The notes below the pieces were generated by a model. The model saw only the letters and a program-made list of their open reading frames with translations, was not told the DNA's origin and made no database searches. From Plasmodiophora brassicae (Eukaryota): a stretch of 64,000 bases of DNA. Shown piece by piece: positions 61,287 to 64,000 of this stretch (the first letter of the stretch is position 1; each line of letters begins with the position of its first letter). Made by a program: the position numbers and the translations under genes. Where the stretch lies: contig CP145411.1 in assembly GCA_036867785.1 (NCBI GenBank), positions 992,001 through 1,056,000 of the forward strand. Direction: 5' to 3'.

Positions 61287-62901
61287 TCAAGGGTTCTTCG
61301 AACTAAGGCGACGTGAACGACGCAGAGCTGAAGGCGGTTGCTCTTCTTGGATCGGTGTCTGATCTACCATTGCGTCAGGCTTGGACTTTCGTCCGGGGGT
61401 CAAATACACGTTGGGCTTGTAAGCGTAATCGACCTCAGCAAGGACAGCGTCTGCCTCTTCTTGAGTCTGCTCGTGCGGAAGACGCTAGCAGCGGGTCCAA
61501 ACGTCAGAAACAATCATCTGCATATAAGATGGGTGCATTACCCTAAACGTCCGGCGCACAGGTGATGCGACTTCACACTTGAAATCACGAACCTTGTCGA
61601 TGATAATTGCCGACCCTTCTTGTTTGGAATATTCTTTGATGTCGGCGATTGTGGTGGATGTCGTGACGATGTCCGAACCGAAGCGGCCTCGAAGGTCGGC
61701 TATGCGGGTGATGGAGAATTCAGACTTGACAACCGTTTCGGGAGATGGAACAGGGAGATCGACCGGTATCTTATCAACAGGAGTGTGATATGGATCATCA
61801 GCAGGCGGCATTTCGTCCGAAGGGTCTTCTGCAGGTAGCGGCAGGTGGAGTTCAATGGAATCGGTTTCGGACGGTCTCTCATCGCCGGCATCGTTGTCCC
61901 CAGAGTCATCGACAGTCGAAATCGCATCGCGGTATAGACGTCGAGCGGAATCACGATCGACGGGAGACTCTCCGTTAGATGGGACCGCTGATGGCTTAGG
62001 AGCCTCGGATATATACGCGTCTTGCAGCATTGCCGACAGTTGTTTCACCCGGACAGGAGTTGGCGATGGCGTATCCTTCTCGGAATACGGTTCCAAAGCA
62101 GGTCGTTGCAGAAGCGAGAGTCTCTCGGCGCGAGGGGTCCCCCAAACCACGCCGGTGTCGTCAGTGTCCTCCAGTTGCGCCTGCAGAAGGCTTGCACGCG
62201 GAGTCCTGACTGGACTGAGGATCATGGAATCGTCACGTTCAGGACTGGAAGGACACATCAGGTCCGATATTGTGCCGCCGCATTCCAAGTAAAGCAGACG
62301 GAGCGACTCATTGATGACACTGATCGGCTCAGCTTTACAGGATATACCCTGTAGATGCTATTAGTGAAACATTTACACAGCGACGACAAGCGGGTTACCT
62401 GCTGCAGGTACTGAACGGCACGCTCCATGGATGATTGCGCCTTAGCTAAAGCCGCAAGGCGTGCCCAGAAATGGGCACGTTGACGAACCGTTGGCTCGTC
62501 ACGTGCCTCTTTGAGAATGCGTTCATCCTCTGCAGGGTTCTCGGAAGGTTTCCCATCGGCAATCATATCATTGACCGTCGCCAGGAGGTTGGTTTTCTTC
62601 GACGCATTTGCTCGGAGCCGATCTTGCAGGACCTGGAGCCGATCTACGGCGGCTTCGACCTGCACGAAGAAGCGAAGTTGCACTGAAAACGCCCGTAAAG
62701 CTGACACAACGGTTGTACCTTGAGGCGTTGCGGTGACGAGAACACGCGTCGGGATCGCGCTCCGAATTCTGCAGGCGTATCGCGTCGCCCGGCCTTGAAC
62801 GACGGCACGGGCGGCACCTTGTTCTCCTTGGTCGGCCCTTGCGACGGCGGCACCGGCGGCACCCTATTCTCCTTGTTCGGCACCGACGACGGCGCTTGCA
62901 T
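61287..62901 (-). CDS. CKAP2-like microtubule/spindle protein with two KEN boxes
   Basis: AHFWARLAAL...YLQQGISCKAEPI resembles CKAP2_C (YW.CLA.LE...A...GAQP); SPVRR; YAYKPN. Confidence 0.6.
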
Positions 62902-63316
62902 CCCTCCGCTCCTAATCTACAGTGCGCTCCACCGGACTCGTGGCAAACCCTTTCGACCTGTCGCCTGCCGCGGTGTGTCCAACTCGAAGTAGGCGCGCAA
63001 CGCCAACAAAAACGAACCACGCAAATGGCAGCGAACTTTTGACTTGGGAAACCAGTGGTAACTGGTAACGACCCCGGCGTATCTGCTCGGTTCGCGGAGC
63101 CCCGGATTTACAAGTACCCGAGATTCGAACTGCACGTTCGAGGTGCTCCCAGAATGATTCTGCAGGACGGAGCACCAGGGAAATGTCTATTTCGTATCCT
63201 TGCGCCCGCGAATGCTGGCTCTCGTGACGAAGTGCGCTGAAAGCAAGCGGTGGGGCATGCGGCCCTGTCCTTAATGCCTGGGCACTTGGTCTTGCCGCAA
63301 ACCATGTATGCTTCGA

Positions 63317-63695
63317 CGACAATGACGAAATTCGCACAGGTGGGTTCACATCGGCGTCTCTTGTTGCTACTCTCACGCTGCGCTGCCGGGCGACGTGGCA
63401 TGACCTCCACGATGGCCTCCAGAAGCAGTCGTCGCGAGCATCCCAGTTACAGTCGCCATATCGCAGGTACCGCGCGGTCGATGTGCGCGCACACCCGCTC
63501 ATTCGCAAGCGAAGAAATTCGAAATATCACATTCCACAAGTGCTCCGTTAGACGGATGCTTCCCATACCTCTACAGCACCACTGGGAGTACGTCGAACGT
63601 GCAGGACATGCACAGTGCGTCGACAATGACGAACTCCTACACATGGGGGGGGGGGGGGGGGGGGGTTCACAGGGACGTCTCTTGAACATACCCTC
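63317..63695 (+). repeat. Diverged direct repeat (63317-63374 / 63621-63695); the second copy contains a G21 tract at 63645-63665
   Basis: Shared CGACAATGACGAA..CACA..GGGTTCACA..CGTCTCTTG..TAC.CTC. Confidence 0.75.
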
Positions 63696-63841
63696 GTCCC
63701 GGACGGGGTCATGTGGAATCTATTTTTGGGTGGGAACGGCGCCGCCGCCTAAATTCGTCACTGTCGACGTCAGTACAATACGATTGAGCATCGCCTTGGT
63801 GCCGGGCATTTCGTCCAGCGTTCGTGATCAAGGTACCGTCC

Positions 63842-64000
63842 ATGGCGGGCGTGTCAACGCCGGCCGATCTGAAGGCGTCCGGGAACGCATTGTTCGCGCG
63901 AGGCGAGTACGACGCGGCGGTGTCGGCGTACACGTCGGCGCTGGCGTGTGCGGGCGTGCCCGCCGATCTGGCGCTGCAGTGCCGAGCGAACCGGGCGCAG
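63842..64000 (+). CDS. TPR protein, 5' part, truncated by the window end
   Basis: ADLKASGNALFARGEYDAAVSAYTSAL...CRANRAQ is a co-chaperone-type TPR. Confidence 0.8.
   Translation, partial: MAGVSTPADLKASGNALFARGEYDAAVSAYTSALACAGVPADLALQCRANRAQ

Overview
This is gene-dense eukaryotic nuclear DNA: GC-rich, with many ~50-60 bp GT-AG introns carrying CTGAC/CTAAC branch sites and intergenic spacers often only 10-300 bp. Ciliary genes (meckelin/TMEM67, TTLL-like, MORN3-like) point to a compact-genome flagellated protist; a plasmodiophorid such as Plasmodiophora is a plausible guess that I cannot prove from the window. About 35 protein-coding loci are present, mostly recognisable housekeeping genes: IMPACT, glutamyl-tRNA synthetase, TOM7, ZW10, phosphoserine phosphatase, RNF32, PsuG-PsuK fusion, COX6A, class II HDAC, arginase, UBE3D, SRP40/NOLC1, RNPS1, and Rxt3- and CKAP2-like genes. 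The most unusual signal is a recurring fold-back architecture in intergenic relic DNA. Three diverged inverted duplications of decayed coding sequence (one clearly a hAT transposase) share the topology X->, spacer, <-X at 15.2-16.1 kb, 32.3-32.7 kb and 33.3-34.4 kb, and a perfect 22-bp inverted repeat lies at 59.2-59.4 kb. Other notable items are a PaxB/Pyr4-type membrane terpene cyclase-like gene next to the relics, a ParB/DndB-like DGQHR protein, a TTLL homologue lacking its catalytic residues, a signal-peptide kinase with degenerate motifs, a stop-interrupted macro-domain relic, and three G20-21 tracts. Gene boundaries were inferred by eye; many start codons and internal exons are approximate, and family assignments come from remembered motifs, not searches.
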